DNA of 64,000 bases from Octopus bimaculoides (GCF_001194135.2 NC_068982.1:127173308-127237307), one strand, 5' to 3'; positions 49,564 through 63,596 are shown, counted from the first letter of the stretch. Program-made: numbers and translations. The notes: a model not told the origin generated them from the letters alone.

Positions 49564-52310
49564 CCCTCTAAGATGGTTTAATCTTTTGATTGCTCCACAT
49601 AATCGGAACTCATCTCTTCACAAATTTATACTTGAAATTTTACTTGATCTTCATATAATCCGCTTAGATTATCTATCAATAAGTGGTTTCTTATTCGAAA
49701 CGCTTTAAACTTCATGATTTCCCATGAAGAGATGAGCTATTCTTCGGCTCACTTGTTTTAAAAAAATATTTTTCTTCAGAGATTTTCTTTTTCCACTGCC
49801 CTCGATAATTTGTACTTTCGTTCCTCTTCGTTCATCATACCCTCATTACTGCAATTCGACGAGTTGATGATATTGGTTGCGACGAGCTGGAAAACCCTAG
49901 TTCATGGTTTTCCTTGGAGCCGACACGGATCAGTTTCTGTGATTTGTTGTTGTTGTTACCCGTGCTGTGCCTCACTTTCTCTCTTTGTGTACATTTTCAG
50001 GTTCTCTGAGTTACAAGCCACCAAATAGCTCTTATTTTCAAACATAGACCAGGACGGCTTTCTGCCTTGCACAACCGGTCTTATCGCTATTCTCTCTTTG
50101 CCAACGATGAACTGCTGTTCCGAATAATTCGGTGGTCATCTGAATCATTTAGGACTTGCATGCCATACAGACTCCCCTCTCCCGCAACCGACCACATACC
50201 ATTTCTGGTCACCAAGGCGCTTACCAGCTACTTATATTGTCTCGAAAAAGTTACTGCAAGCAAAGAATCAATGCTGATGCTAATAATGTTTTCTGTGATC
50301 CTTGAGTTACGACGCCCTGTGTAATGAATGGGTAAACAGTATTTGATGAGGAGTTTGAGGCACCATCTTGACCTGTTTTTCTTTTGTTTTTGAGTTTTTT
50401 TCTGCTTTGTCCTCACTACTGAAAAATATGCACACAACAAATACACTGCGCAACGGTCAGTGACAACCATACTGTTCCACACATTGACTAGCGCTTCCTT
50501 TTATTCTTCCAAGACCCTATTGAAAACTTTTCCATTTGTCAATATTCAAGAGTTTGAAACTTTTCTGGTTGCCTTATTTCCGGTAAAATCATTAAAGTGT
50601 TGTTTAATATCTTTGACTGATAATATTAATGAAGCTATTTTTATTAATGCCTCTGTTAAAGTTTTTTGACATCGCAGCTTATGTGTGTTGTAGTGCGAAA
50701 GTCTGTATTTACAAATGCAATCGTTTCCGAAATTATTTTTTTTCTCTATGTATTCTTTTCTTTTTAAAGTGCAAATATCTCTGTTAGCTTGTTTAATTGT
50801 CTCATGTTTATCTTTCTTCTTGATATATGTTAAACGTTTGGAGGCGTATTCCACCACCGACACCACCGATTCAGTGGATGACATGTTTGCAAAATTAAAA
50901 ATAAAAAATTATCTGACGGCAAAAAATCCACCCGCCAGAAAAGGAGTTAAAAAGACACAAAGACTAAACATCTCACCTAACCATGTAATGAGTCCACAAA
51001 ACCAGACAAAAAGAAAAATTTAATCCTAGAAGTAATCCGATATTTTTAAAACTCCTGCAACTCGTATAAAACACATTTATTACTGGTAACCCTAAAAGCA
51101 GTGATAATGGTGTCTAACTTAGGCATAAGGACAACAATTTTGAAGGGAATGAACTACTCCATTTTATCGACACACAGAGGAATGAAAATCCTTTTCAGGA
51201 TTTGAACTTCGAACGTAAAGAAGTTGAAGAAATGCTGTAAGGTTTCTTCGGTAACCTACTGATTTTGCCAGCTTGCCGCCTTCAATAATAATGGTTTCTG
51301 ATTTAAGCACAAGGCCAACAGTTTTGAAGACTAAGGGTTAGCGGATAATACCGACCTCGGTATTTGACTGGTACTTTATTTTGTCAAACTCGAAAAGATG
51401 GAAGGCAATGTTGACTCGACACGATTTGAACTCAAAACGTAAAGAATCAGAAGAAAGGCGTTTGTTCCGACGCTGTTTTCAATCCATCGCAGTCTAAAAA
51501 TTGTTTCTATTATAAGCACAAGTTTAGAAGAAATGGAGTTAAGGGATAAATATGGCCTCATAATTTAGCAGTTCGGCATAAAAGAATAAGTGCGAAGCTT
51601 AAGAGAAATATCTACTAGAGTTGTTTTGACCGACTGAATCATTCAAGGCGATGCCCCAGCATGGCTGCAGTCCAGTGACTGAAACAAGTAAGACGAGGAA
51701 TGATAAAGACAAATTCTATGAATATATTTGGATCATTTAAGCGACACAAACAAAATTTTTTTTTTATTTAACAGAGGTACTATATTAAGGTATATGGTAT
51801 TACCGTACCACAGCTGAAAAAGTTGTTTGATATATTGAGATATTTGAAAAGTAGCCTATTCTAGTCTGAGGTTATTCAAACGCTCATGTTTTCAGCATTC
51901 TGTGGGTGACGGTACTTGTCAATGCTTATCTCTGGTTGGTTTAACAAGTTACTCTAATGTGTGTTGACATTTTGCCTTGTCGTTCAGAGAGGATAAAAGG
52001 CCAATTCACCTTAGACAAGACGACTGAATCGTACATTGATGAGGCAGACAGCCATATGAACGGACACGCAGACACTCCCCCACTCGCGCGCGTGCACTAC
52101 ACACACTCTCACACACATATACATACATACATACATACATACATATATGCGTGGTAGTTTTAATTCTGTATGCTAGTATTTCACGTCCATTCGACGATAA
52201 TCGGCTGCGCTAACTGCTCACAGGCTAAAGAGAAAAGAAAATTACTGTACACTGAAACAACTTCTATATGTACGTGTTATATAACCTTTTTTAATTTTCT
52301 ATTATCAGTT

Positions 52311-52698
52311 GTTGTTGTTGTTGTTGGCACTCCGTCGCTTACGACGTCCAGGGTTCCAGTTGATCCGATCAACGGAACAGCCTGCTCGTTAAATTAACGT
52401 GCAAGTGACTGAGCACTCCACAAACACGTGTACCCTTATTCTCGGAGGATATTCAGCGTGACACAGAGTGTGACAAGGCTGACCCTTTGAATTACAGGCA
52501 CAACAGAAACAGGAAGTAAGAGTGAGAGAAAGTTGTGGTGAAAGAGTACAGCAGGGTTCGCCACCATCCCCTGCCGGAGCCTCGTGGAGCTTTTTAGGTG
52601 TTTTCGCTCAATAAACACAACGCCCGGTCTGGGAATCGAAGCCGCGATCCTATGACCGCGAGTCCGCTGCCCTAACCACTGGGCCATTGCGCCTCCAC
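52311..52698 (-). mobile_element. SINE family C copy, full length
   Basis: Near-identical to 9931-10319. Perfect TSD TATTATCAGTT at 52300-52310 and 52699-52709. Confidence 0.92.
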
Positions 52699-53194
52699 TA
52701 TTATCAGTTATATACCTATATACATACATACATTCACATACATACCCATATAGCGAAGAATATATTAAAAAAATATGGAATAAGATCAAGGCTTGACGCT
52801 CAGGAAAATGGAAAGAGTTAATGGGTGTAACGTTTCGTAAATTGTCCTTCTTCGGATTGAGGAAAATGAGAATAAGAAAGATCAGGAGAGTAGGAAAAAC
52901 GAAGGAGGATATATTAAAAGAGTAATTCTGCAAATGAAGCATACTTGCTCTCCAAGTCACGGAATTGGTTTACATGGACAAAACTGAAAGCTCTAAGGAC
53001 ATACTTGTCCGTTTAATCTCACTCAGACTGCCATTTTGGATCGCGTCGGATCTTTACCGTTTATTATGGTTGTGTGTGTATGTATTTGAAGTGCAATGAA
53101 CAAAATTGTGCGTTTTAATAGAGTAGGTATTGACGCAATCTTTTGCATTCCACGGATTTGATAACAAATTATTATTATTATTATTGTTATTAAA

Positions 53195-54113
53195 AAGGCA
53201 GCGAGCTGGCAGAATTGTTAGCACGCTGCACGAAATGTTAGCGGTATTTCACCAGTCACTATGTTCTGAGTTCAAATTCCGCCGAGATCGACTTTACCTT
53301 TCATCCTTTCGGAGTCGATAAATTAAGTACCAGTTGAGTACAGGGATCGATGTAATCGACTATCCCCCTCTCCCAAATTTCAGGCCTTGTCCCCATTATA
53401 GAAAGGACTATTATTGTTATTAAGGGAAAGTAAGACGGCGAACTGACAGAATCGTTAGCACGCTGGACGAAATACTTAGCGGTATTTCGCCCGTCGCTAC
53501 GCTCTGAGTTCAAATTCCATGGAGGTCGACTTTGCCTTTCATCCTTTCGGAGTCGATAAATTAAGTACCGGCAAAACACTGGGGTCGATGTAATCGACTA
53601 GTCCCCAACCCCCAAATCTGAGGCCTTGTGCCTCCAGTAGAAAGGTTATTAAAGGGAAAGCAAGACGGCGAGTTTGCAGCAACGTTAGGACATAGAAAAC
53701 GAAATTTTCTTTTCGGCATTTTTTCCGATTCCTTACATTCTGTGATCAAATCCTACAGACGTCTCCTTTGTCTTTTATCTTTTTAAAGATGGATAAAATA
53801 AATTACCAGTCAAATATTGGGGTCGATGGTATCGACTAAACTCTACCCCTTAAAATTACTAACCTGGTCAATGCCTCACTTAATTGAAATTTAATATTTT
53901 GTGCAAAATTAAAGCGGTGAGCTGGCAGAATTGTTAGCACGTCGGGAAAATACTTTGCGGCATTTCGACCGTTTTTACGTTTTGAGTTCAAATACCGACG
54001 AGGTCGACTTTGCCTTACGTCCTTTCGGAGTCGATAAAATGAGTACCACTTGAGTACCAGGGTCGATGTAATCCTCTCCCCGAACTTGCTGGTTTTGTGC
54101 CAAAATTTGAAAT
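53195..54113 (+). mobile_element. Head-to-tail array of four SINE family A copies
   Basis: Units start near 53195, 53432, 53662 and 53912, each with the family A head and core. Confidence 0.85.
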
Positions 54114-55279
54114 CGATTAAAATATTATTTACAACAGTATTGATGTTACTTTTCTGTCCATGTATCTATCCTGGAGCGAGCGAGCGACTAATGCTGATCG
54201 GGTGACAAGTTGCGCGATCGCCAGCGAAGCGACTTTTCCTATGCCCGGTCGAGTTGCAAGGCGCCGCGGCGGGCGTGGAGAGACACGAGTGCGAGTATGG
54301 GTGACGCCGACCGCAGCTGCAGATCTCGATGGTGGTAACAAATATACTTTTCTTTAACATGAAACAGTGTTCGCTCAATTGTTTAGGTTTCATTCGATAT
54401 TTTATGATATTAAAAAGCATTTATATCATTCGATGAAAGAAAGAACAGGGGTCAGTTAAAAAGTTAGCGTTTGTTTTTTTTTTTCTGTATCAGAGTCTGG
54501 TTTGTTAAGGCGGAGAAGGATGTTTTGAGTTGTAGTATTTGAGATGTGTGTCTGCATGCGTTTAATGCTGAGTTGCAGTTTTCCATCTGAAGTCCCTTTC
54601 TTTCTCGCCTTTTTTTCTCTCTCTCACGCGTGTGGGCGTAAAAGAACCATGTGTCTTTATAAGTGAAATTAGTAGTAAAAATATTAAAATATCAGTATTT
54701 CCTGCCTGATTATTTGTAATCAACCATATGGATTCTACATAAACAACGCGACCCTAGTTTCTCTTTCTTTAGGGTCAGTTTACTTTATTAACATCAGAAG
54801 AGAGAGAAAATGAAAATTGTGTTGTTCATTAATTCATAATAGAATTAGCAACATAAGAAAATTGAAATAGTCACATTTGGGAAATCGACAGCGAATGGCA
54901 GGCCGGAAGCTCATCTCTCACCCTCATTTCTCAACAGGCTCGCACCATATACTTGATTTAATTAGAATGAACTATATATTTTTCTTAATATCGGCTTTTC
55001 ACAAAGTCTTAAACCTAAAAGGCATTCCATTCCTTCGGAAGTTGATCAGAGCGCTTACGTCCCTCGCTATCACTATCTCACAGGTTAACAAAAGGGCACA
55101 GAATTGGATTATTGTATTTTCACGCGCGTTTTAGCATTCCTGTCCTCTGTAATTGTCGAAAATAAAATGCATGGTTACTTTGATATCCATTCATTTCTTT
55201 TATATAGTGAAATACAACTGTGTATTTTTTTTTTTTTTTGTGGGAAATAACGGCCCGATTAGCTTCCGAAATAACGGCC

Positions 55280-55450
55280 TCAAAATGTTGGTACAAGGCC
55301 AGCAGTTTTTTAAGGGCTTGCACAGTATTTATTTTATCGACCCCGAAAGGATGAAAGGCAAAGTTGATCTCGAAATTTGAACCCAAAACGTAAAGACGGA
55401 CGAAATGCCGCTAAATATTTTGTCTGACGATACCGCCAGCTTGCCGTCCT
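55280..55450 (-). mobile_element. SINE family A copy
   Basis: TTTATCGACCCCGAAAGGATGAAAGGCAAAGTTGATCTCGAAATTTGAACCCAAAACG. Confidence 0.75.
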
Positions 55451-56124
55451 TTGTAATATAATAGCGCAATTATGCGATAAATCATACCAATATTATGAGT
55501 ATCTTCATCAAAGCTTTTAAAGGTTTCATATAGAATCTCATTTTCGAAAATACCCTTTTAGTCAAGCTGTCAGTGGTAGCACTTATGAATGAAAATATAT
55601 TAACTTTTCACCTTGCACCCCGATAAATAATATGCGAAACTGAAGTACTGATGAAATTTAATTTTTCAAACTTTGATCTCTTTGCTTCAGTTAATTAAAT
55701 ATGACCTTCAAAGAAAAATCAAAGGAACAAAACTGTTTTTTCTAAATTCTCTTATTGTAACGTTGACGCGGATCGGTCTTCGTTAGATCCTTGCACTCAC
55801 CTTTAACACACATGCATACACATATGCACAAACATACGCGCGCGCATGTATGTGTGCGTCTGTGTGTTCTGTCTTGAGCCCTAGGATTCACCAGGCCGGT
55901 TACTCGGTTTTGATGGCATAAATGTGACCTAGATTACAGGCATTCCCTCTCAACAGGACGACGGTCCGTCTCAGTGTTACTGATTCACAGCTAAATAAAG
56001 TGGAGTAGCATGGAATGAAGTATTTTGCTCAAGAATATAACGCGACATCTGGTCCGAGAATCGACCATGAGACCTTCACTATATACACACATATACTCAT
56101 CAAATACGCATGCATATACTCTTT

Positions 56125-56330
56125 TACTCTTTTACTTGTTTCAGTCTTTTGACCGTGGCCATGCTGGAGCACCGCCTTTTAGTCGAGCAAATCGACCCCA
56201 GGACTTATTCTTTAGAAGCCTAGTACTTATTCTATCGATCTCTTTTGCCGAACCGCTAAGTTACGGGGACATAAACACACCAGCATCGGTTGTCAAGCGA
56301 TGTTGGGGGGACAAACACACACATACAAAC

Positions 56331-56365
<35 letters not shown>

Positions 56366-56535
56366 CATATATACGACGGGCTTCTTTCAGTTTCCGTCTA
56401 CCAAATCCACTCACAAGGCTTTGGTCGGCCCGAGGCTATAGTAGAAGACACTTGCCCAAGATGCCGCGCAGTGGGACTGAACCCAGGACCATGTGGTTGG
56501 TAAGCTAGCTACTTACCACACAGCCACTCCTACGC

Positions 56536-56536
<1 letters not shown>
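56125..56536 (-). mobile_element. tRNA-derived SINE, family B (CORE-like, internal microsatellite), full length
   Basis: Minus strand has the head GGCGTAGGAGTGGCTGTGTGGTAAG...GGGTTCAGTCCC, CORE-like CTTGGGCAAGTGTCTTCTACTATAGCCTCGGG, then GGAAACTGAAAGAAGCCCGTCG, an internal (TA/CA)n and the tail GACTGAAACAAGTAAAAGAGTAAA. Confidence 0.88.
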
Positions 56537-56568
<32 letters not shown>

Positions 56569-56629
56569 CATACATACATACATACATACATACANNNNNN
56601 NNNNNNNNNNNNNNNNNNNNNNNNNNNNN

Positions 56630-56663
<34 letters not shown>

Positions 56664-56673
56664 CATACATACA

Positions 56674-56707
<34 letters not shown>

Positions 56708-57554
56708 AGAAGGAAAGTGCACACAGTTTAAATAGTTTTAATATATTTTAAATGGAAGAATACTGTAGTTGTCGACCGGTTTCGCTTTCGCTAATCATGA
56801 CAGTGAAATTATTATTTCGTATTTTCTTAAGAAAATTTTAGCCCATGTTCTTGTATGAAAGTGGAATGCACTTAGGAATGGTTAAACATATTTTGTCATT
56901 CATAACTAAGCTGCGTTCTTTCTGTATATGACGTCACTAATCTTACGCTTATGTATGTGTTTTGCAATATTCTTGATGCGAAATCACGTGTTGAAACAAA
57001 TATTGTTATACTTGGGAATGGTGTTTAATTGGCAAAATATGATCATCCCCAAGTATAAGAACATCTCTAATCTGTTGCATGTTAACTTGCATAGTTGTTT
57101 TTTCCACGTATAAAATAAAGAAAAAGATGTAACTATTTTGCTATTTTACATGGCAATGCAACAGCATTTTTGCGTCAAGATATACACTGAGTCCCACCCG
57201 TGTCGTTCTGTTTTTCTTTATCATTATATCTATATAGTTATGTGTATATATATATATATGTGTGTGTGTGTGTGGTGGGAGGAGAGAGAAATATATATAT
57301 GCGTGTTTGTGTATGTGATGGCGTATGTGCGTGCGTGTACGACGTGCATATGTGTAAATTATTAAATGAATGTCGAAAGAACATGAGCTACATTATCGCT
57401 TTCATTAGCTAACAAATGTTTCTGTTATAAGTAAGCGTTCACCTAGACCTGACTGCCAGTGCGACATCTTATAGCTTCCTCGGAGCAATTTGAATTATTA
57501 ATTGCTACTACTGCTGCCCTAATGGTTTACAGGTTATTGGTAACGCTATGCCTG

Positions 57555-57632
<78 letters not shown>

Positions 57633-57678
57633 ACACACGCTCACATATTTCTTATTAATGAAAACACACTCTTGCACG

Positions 57679-57736
<58 letters not shown>
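57555..57736. repeat. (ATCT)n at 57555-57632 and (TG)n at 57680-57736
   Basis: Direct reading. Confidence 0.95.
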
Positions 57737-57738
<2 letters not shown>

Positions 57739-60700
57739 GTGTACGCATACAAACACACGTGTTTTGTTTTAGCTTTATTTGAGCCAGCATTTCCTTTTTC
57801 CCTCGGTAAACTGAAGCTTGTTTCTTTAAGACTGCGTTACATAAATACTAAATAACAATGTGAAAATTCAACATAAATTAATGCAGGGCAATAAATAGCC
57901 CTAATCTTCAAAATTATTTCAATTTTTATCCTCTGTGCAAAATGTTGTCTTGACATTCCATGTTATATCGTGGAAAGTGGAGTCGAAGAAAAGTGTGATA
58001 ATTAAAAAAGTTTGAGTAGTTCTGATCTGAAGATGGATGAGTTTGCTTGATTGATTCGTCCTTCACATTATATATTACAAACGCTTCATCTGAAGCATGC
58101 CGCCTTTTGGAGGTTGTTATTTCTTAAAGCTGCGCACCGCTATCGGGGCGGAGATAGCTATACGTAAGTTCGAACCCTGTTTGTCAGAGAGGCTGTTTCA
58201 GCGCGTCTTCCTCGCCCTCCTTCGGGACAGCTCTCTTTCCGTTTTGTCCGTTGGGACCGCAAGGCGGACTGACAAGCCCTTTTAGATATTTCTTTGCTGT
58301 AAGGAAAAGGAAAGATATGATGATTTACGTCGGGTCCTCCGTCAATATTAAAGTATTTTGTAGCTACGGTTATGATTTACCGTCGAAATATTCAAGGAGT
58401 TAAGAGGTAATCCACTTTATACTGATAATTACTTAATATTATGAATCCTTTCCTTATTGATAAATAGAACAACAGAAGAAACTCCAACTAGTGAATACAG
58501 AAAATTTTTGTTGGATAAAAATTGTCATCTATCAACAACACTTGCATGGTTAATGTGTATAACCGCTTCATTAGGGTAGGAAAAAAAATCAAAATCGTCA
58601 TTCAGTAAGTGAACGTGCAACAATTCGATAAGAATCACTGATTAAAACTGCAACAAAAGGGATAACGTTTTTGATATTAAATATAAATTTATTCCCAGTT
58701 GTCATTTTAGTCATTAAAGCTAAGTCCTTTTTTATGTAACTGTTTGATTTTTAAGCAATTACAAATATATATTATTTCCATTAAAGTATACAAGCAGCAA
58801 TTGTTAAACATGTCAAGAAAGGTCAACTATTCTAAGTCGTACAATGTCTGCTTAACATCACTTAACATAAATTATGTGCAGCGGCTAACGTCTCTGTGAA
58901 CGCTCACATACACACATAAAACTACAGTTGATCTTTTTAAATCATCTGTGACTTTTGGGTCACATTTCATCAATGCTCACGTATGGAATTACCAGCTATG
59001 TTTAACAATGGCTTAAATTTAAAGCCGTTTATACTGTGTTGCTACTCATTCATTATTCATGGTTTCTTAGGGCATAATTTTAAACATTTCTTTGCTTTAT
59101 TACTTCGCTATTCTCCACCTCTTTCTTTTGTATATCTATTCCTAAATGAAGGTTTGAATTTATTAGTCACTTCTCGAGATTACACTCCAAGAAGTGGAAA
59201 TAACTTCAACCTAGATTTAGAATAAATAAACTTCAAATATAGAATTAGTTAATATTTAAAATCTATAGAAGGGATGGGTAAAATAGTGAAATGTGTGTAT
59301 GTGCGTGAGGGAGAGATTGTAGAAAAGAAGAAATAAAAGAGTAAAGATAATGATATTAAGATAAGGGAAAGAAGAACGGAGGAAAGAAAGAAAGAACAAA
59401 AGAAGGAAAACACGGTTCGGCAAGAAGGGGCCAAAATTGGGAGAGGTTACGCGGAAAGAGAAGAAACAGCGAGGAGGAAGTAGGAGAAAAGGTGAAAAAG
59501 TAAGATGAGGAGAAGAAATGATTCAAAAGGATTAGATAAACTAAGTTGTTGTCCAAAATGAAATTTTGAATACAACTCAAGTGACGACAGAATTGGTACT
59601 GCGTCATAGTAAACGCACACGGATGTATATGTGTGTGACGTATAAGCTATTTCCTTTTGTGTGTGTGTATCTGGAGAAAAGCAAATATAGAAATTAGCAC
59701 TCCTTCTACAAACTAGAATTTTTTTTCTTTTTGAAATTAACAGACTTCTTTGTCTTATCATTTTGGTTCTCATAGCATCTGAAGCTTTCACTGCAGTAAC
59801 CAAACAATCGTTCCCTAAGGGGCACTCCTACATTTATTATGCTAGTTTTATATCATCGGCCTTAATACTTCCGGCAGTAAAAGTTGTAGAATCTAATCTC
59901 TCTCTGTGTATGTATGTATGTATATATATATATATAACAGCAGGGCTACGGATGTCGTTAATATACTCTCACCGAAAATGTGATGCCTGATAAGTGTCAT
60001 GCAAGAGTTATGGCTATTTCCGTCTTTTAAATCAGTATATATATGTATATTTATTTTTAGAAAGTTGTATTATCTTCGGACTTGCTGTTATTATTATTAT
60101 TATTATTATTGGTCTATAAATGAGAAAGGAAATGATCCTTAGAAAGAGGTAATAACATTATGTAATATTAATACTATTATATTTTGAAGTTACCCATTAA
60201 AATTCGATAGTTAAATAATTTTAAACAGGAGTTTTTAACTTATTTTGGTTTCTATAAATGTTAAAGTTTCAATCATGAATCTTTCGTAAGAAATATATTT
60301 TAAAGTTTCGGAAGTGTATTTGCCAAACGAGTGATTTGGTCTAAAACCGTGTGTAGAAACTAAAACAATTACAGCAAGAAAGACTCATATTAGTTATTCA
60401 AAAATACACAAAGACTTAAACATTTATTGTTTGTATGCTTATGAATGGCTAACATGTGTCTTCCACATTATAATTGTTAATATTTTAGAGCTTATCATGG
60501 AACCGTTGACAATTCATGATGAGCAGCAGATATCAGAAAACTGGAGTAAATTATTGATTTGTTATATGAGGTATAAGATATTCTATTTTATCTACACCTC
60601 GAAGAACGAAAGGCAAAGTTGAACGCGGCGGAAGTTGAACTAAGATCGTAACCTGAATTCATTTCCTTTCTGACATTCATTCAGGTGGAGGAGAAGATGC

Positions 60701-62054
60701 CAATACAATAACTTTCAGCAATATACTTACTAAAAGCAATTCAGCAATTTATATGTCTCTTTAAAACATATTGTCATTGTGCTTAGTCGAAAGTAACAAC
60801 AAGCCAATTACGTTGACATCATAGCCAATTCAATTGAAAACAATTTATACATTCAGTCTTTGAATTAGACCAATACTGGCAAGGAACATTTGGTTTCCAT
60901 GTTAGACAATATTCATTTCAAACGCGACTGCCACTCTTCATCTAATGTCATCTCATTCTCTTTACAACCGCAGACGCACTACATGACAATCAGTTTACAT
61001 GTCACTCACGAAGTTTGAATGCAACAAACTCTACATACACTCATACTCGTAGGTATATATGTTTATATGTGTGTGTGTACAGACTTATATGTATGCATAG
61101 TCCGTATGTATATGCATATATATTAGATATGTTTTATATACTTTGCATGCACTCCATTTATATATCGTTTGGTTGATTGCAGTAATACTAAACATAGATC
61201 TGATTTATCCAGGTGTATGTTATTAGGTTTTTCATTTATTTGTTTTCTTCAATTTTTATAGAATTGCTTCGTGAAAAATGTACTTTTCTGAATAATATTA
61301 CTTGTGTATTATGTGAATTCTGATTCTGTATATCTATTTCGACAATACTCGATGGTTGATACCACAGGGCAGTTTTAAGAGTTGGTAAAAATGGTTGAGT
61401 CCCAAATTTTGTGGTTTTTGCATCTCGGTTCAAACACCATTGGAATAGACTTAATGTTTCATTCCTTTGTAATCAATAAGTTAAAGGGGAACAGATCCGA
61501 GAAAACTTGTTTTCGTCTTCGTCGGCAAATAATGAACACAAATTGTCTGCCAGAGTGAAATAAATAATTATACGGTAAGGCAGACTAGGTTGAGATGAAG
61601 AAGATGGAAAAAGATCTTGACTTTCGGTTAGAATCTTGCGTAAATTAAATTCGGTTTGTGGTTGCGTGGTAGTATTGAGGGGCGCGCACTGATTGATTTA
61701 ATTGATTGTACTTATCCCAAACAATTCTGTGGTTTCTACCAATATTTAGAAATCAATATTCAGCGATTGTTGCCGAGCTATAAAAACCTCTGACAAGCGG
61801 AATCTGAGACGTGGTTTCCAATCCTGCATGGACTAGTTTTATTTCCCTCACACACCTAAATAATATGTAGGCCTTGTTTTGCTCCCAAAATAGTAACCTT
61901 TATGTTTGTCCAAAAGAAACCAGTTTAACAGTTCTTGTAACATTTGTGCATCTTACAGATCTTCTGTAGCAGAGTAGACCTATGGTCACATGCATTCCAT
62001 CCTATATTTTTATTCAGTCACAGTATATACAGGAATATATTATCAGATGCTGAG

Positions 62055-62392
62055 ACCCCCTTCGGTCATGAATGACCATGGGATTCCACCTAGAAAGTTA
62101 CCCTCCCAGGCACGAGTCCGGGCAAGTTTTTCTTTTATAGAAGACCAGCAGTCGCCCATGCATACCAGCCTCCCATCTCCACGCCACCAGTGTTATCCAA
62201 GGGAAAGGCAAAGGGGCCGATACAGCTTGGCATCTGTGACGTCGCAACTCATTTCTACAGCTGAGTGAACTGGAGCAACGTGAAATAAAGTGTCTTGCTC
62301 AAGAACACAACACGCAGCCTGGTCCGGGATTCGAACTCACAACCTCATGATCGTAAGCTCGACACTCTAACCACTGAGCCATGCGCCTTCAC
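62055..62392 (-). mobile_element. tRNA-derived CORE-like SINE, family D
   Basis: Minus strand has the head GGCGCATGGCTCAGTGGTTAGAG...GTTCGAATCCC, then CTTGAGCAAGACACTTTATTTCAC...CAGCTGTAGAAATG (CORE-like). Degenerate heads occur at 46941-47050 (+) and 55985-56065 (-). Confidence 0.8.
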
Positions 62393-62717
62393 NNNNNNNN
62401 NNNNNNNNNNNNNNNNNNNNNNNNNNNNNNNNNNNNNNNNNNNNNNNNNNNNNNNNNNNNNNNNNNNNNNNNNNNNNNNNNNNNNNNNNNNNNNNNNNNN
62501 NNNNNNNNNNNNNNNNNNNNNNNNNNNNNNNNNNNNNNNNNNNNNNNNNNNNNNNNNNNNNNNNNNNNNNNNNNNNNNNNNNNNNNNNNNNNNNNNNNNN
62601 NNNNNNNNNNNNNNNNNNNNNNNNNNNNNNNNNNNNNNNNNNNNNNNNNNNNNNNNNNNNNNNNNNNNNNNNNNNNNNNNNNNNNNNNNNNNNNNNNNNN
62701 NNNNNNNNNNNNNNNNN

Positions 62718-62835
62718 ACCCCGAAAGGATGAAAGTAAAAATCGACCTCGACGGAGTCTGACCTCAGAACATAAAGCAAGAAGAAATGCCGCCGAGGATG
62801 TACTACGCACAAACGATTCTGTCAGCTCACCACCA
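62718..62835 (-). mobile_element. SINE family A copy (partly in gap)
   Basis: ACCCCGAAAGGATGAAAGTAAAAATCGACCTCGACGG...CTCAGAAC...GATTCTGTCAGCTCACC. Confidence 0.75.
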
Positions 62836-62940
62836 TTTGTAAACCGAATAATACTTAATAAATCTTTATTAGCATATTCTTCATGATAGTTATGAAGCCA
62901 TTAGCTTGTGATTAAAAACATTCAGTACTGGAGGTGGTTT

Positions 62941-63015
62941 TTCCTTCCTTCCTTCCTTTCTTTCTTTCTTTCTTTCTTTCCTTCCTTCCTTCCTTCCTTC
63001 CTTCCTTCCTTCCTT
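62941..63015. repeat. (TTCC)n/(TTTC)n polypyrimidine tract
   Basis: Direct reading. Confidence 0.9.
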
Positions 63016-63554
63016 TCGACACATTTTGCAAGCAAATCTGATCAAAAAAGCTTAAGACTCTCTCATCAAATTTAATTTCTTTCAGCTATTATTTCAGACT
63101 TGTTTTACCGTCTCATGGTCTATGTACATATGTATGTTCATATATATACATATATATTCACTATATCCACTGCAGTGAAGGATGCATACGCGTACGTGTG
63201 TCTCTGCGATACAATACAATCTTTCGTTGCAATGGGAACCCAATGGCATTGCCCTTCCAGTGAAAGAATTACATTTTTTATTGTTTCCGACAAATCCCCG
63301 TTTGAAAGTTACCTTTCTTTCCTTTTTTTTTACCATCTACTTACTTGGTTTAGCCTAACCTTCAACCAACCCCTTCTATTATCCTTGAATGGTAGTGTGT
63401 GTGCGCGCGTGTGTGTGTGTGAGAGAGAGAGAGAGAGACAAGGAGAGGCATACGCTAACACCTACAAGCACACGCATATTCACATTCGTACCTGTACATA
63501 CCTACCTGCCTTACGGATGACATTTTATACTTACATCTCTCTCTCCCTCTCCCC

Positions 63555-63596
<42 letters not shown>

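Noticed and set aside
59249-59803. Hydrophobic or charged ORFs in the purine-rich tract (similarly 28275-28526)
   Set aside because: Low-complexity GA-rich sequence gives biased F/L/S or K/E/R peptides with no splice or homology support.
60685-60765. Candidate nvd exon 2 after TTCATTCAG|GT (phase-compatible)
   Set aside because: It translates GGGEDANTITFSNILTK...* with no Rieske similarity and an early stop.
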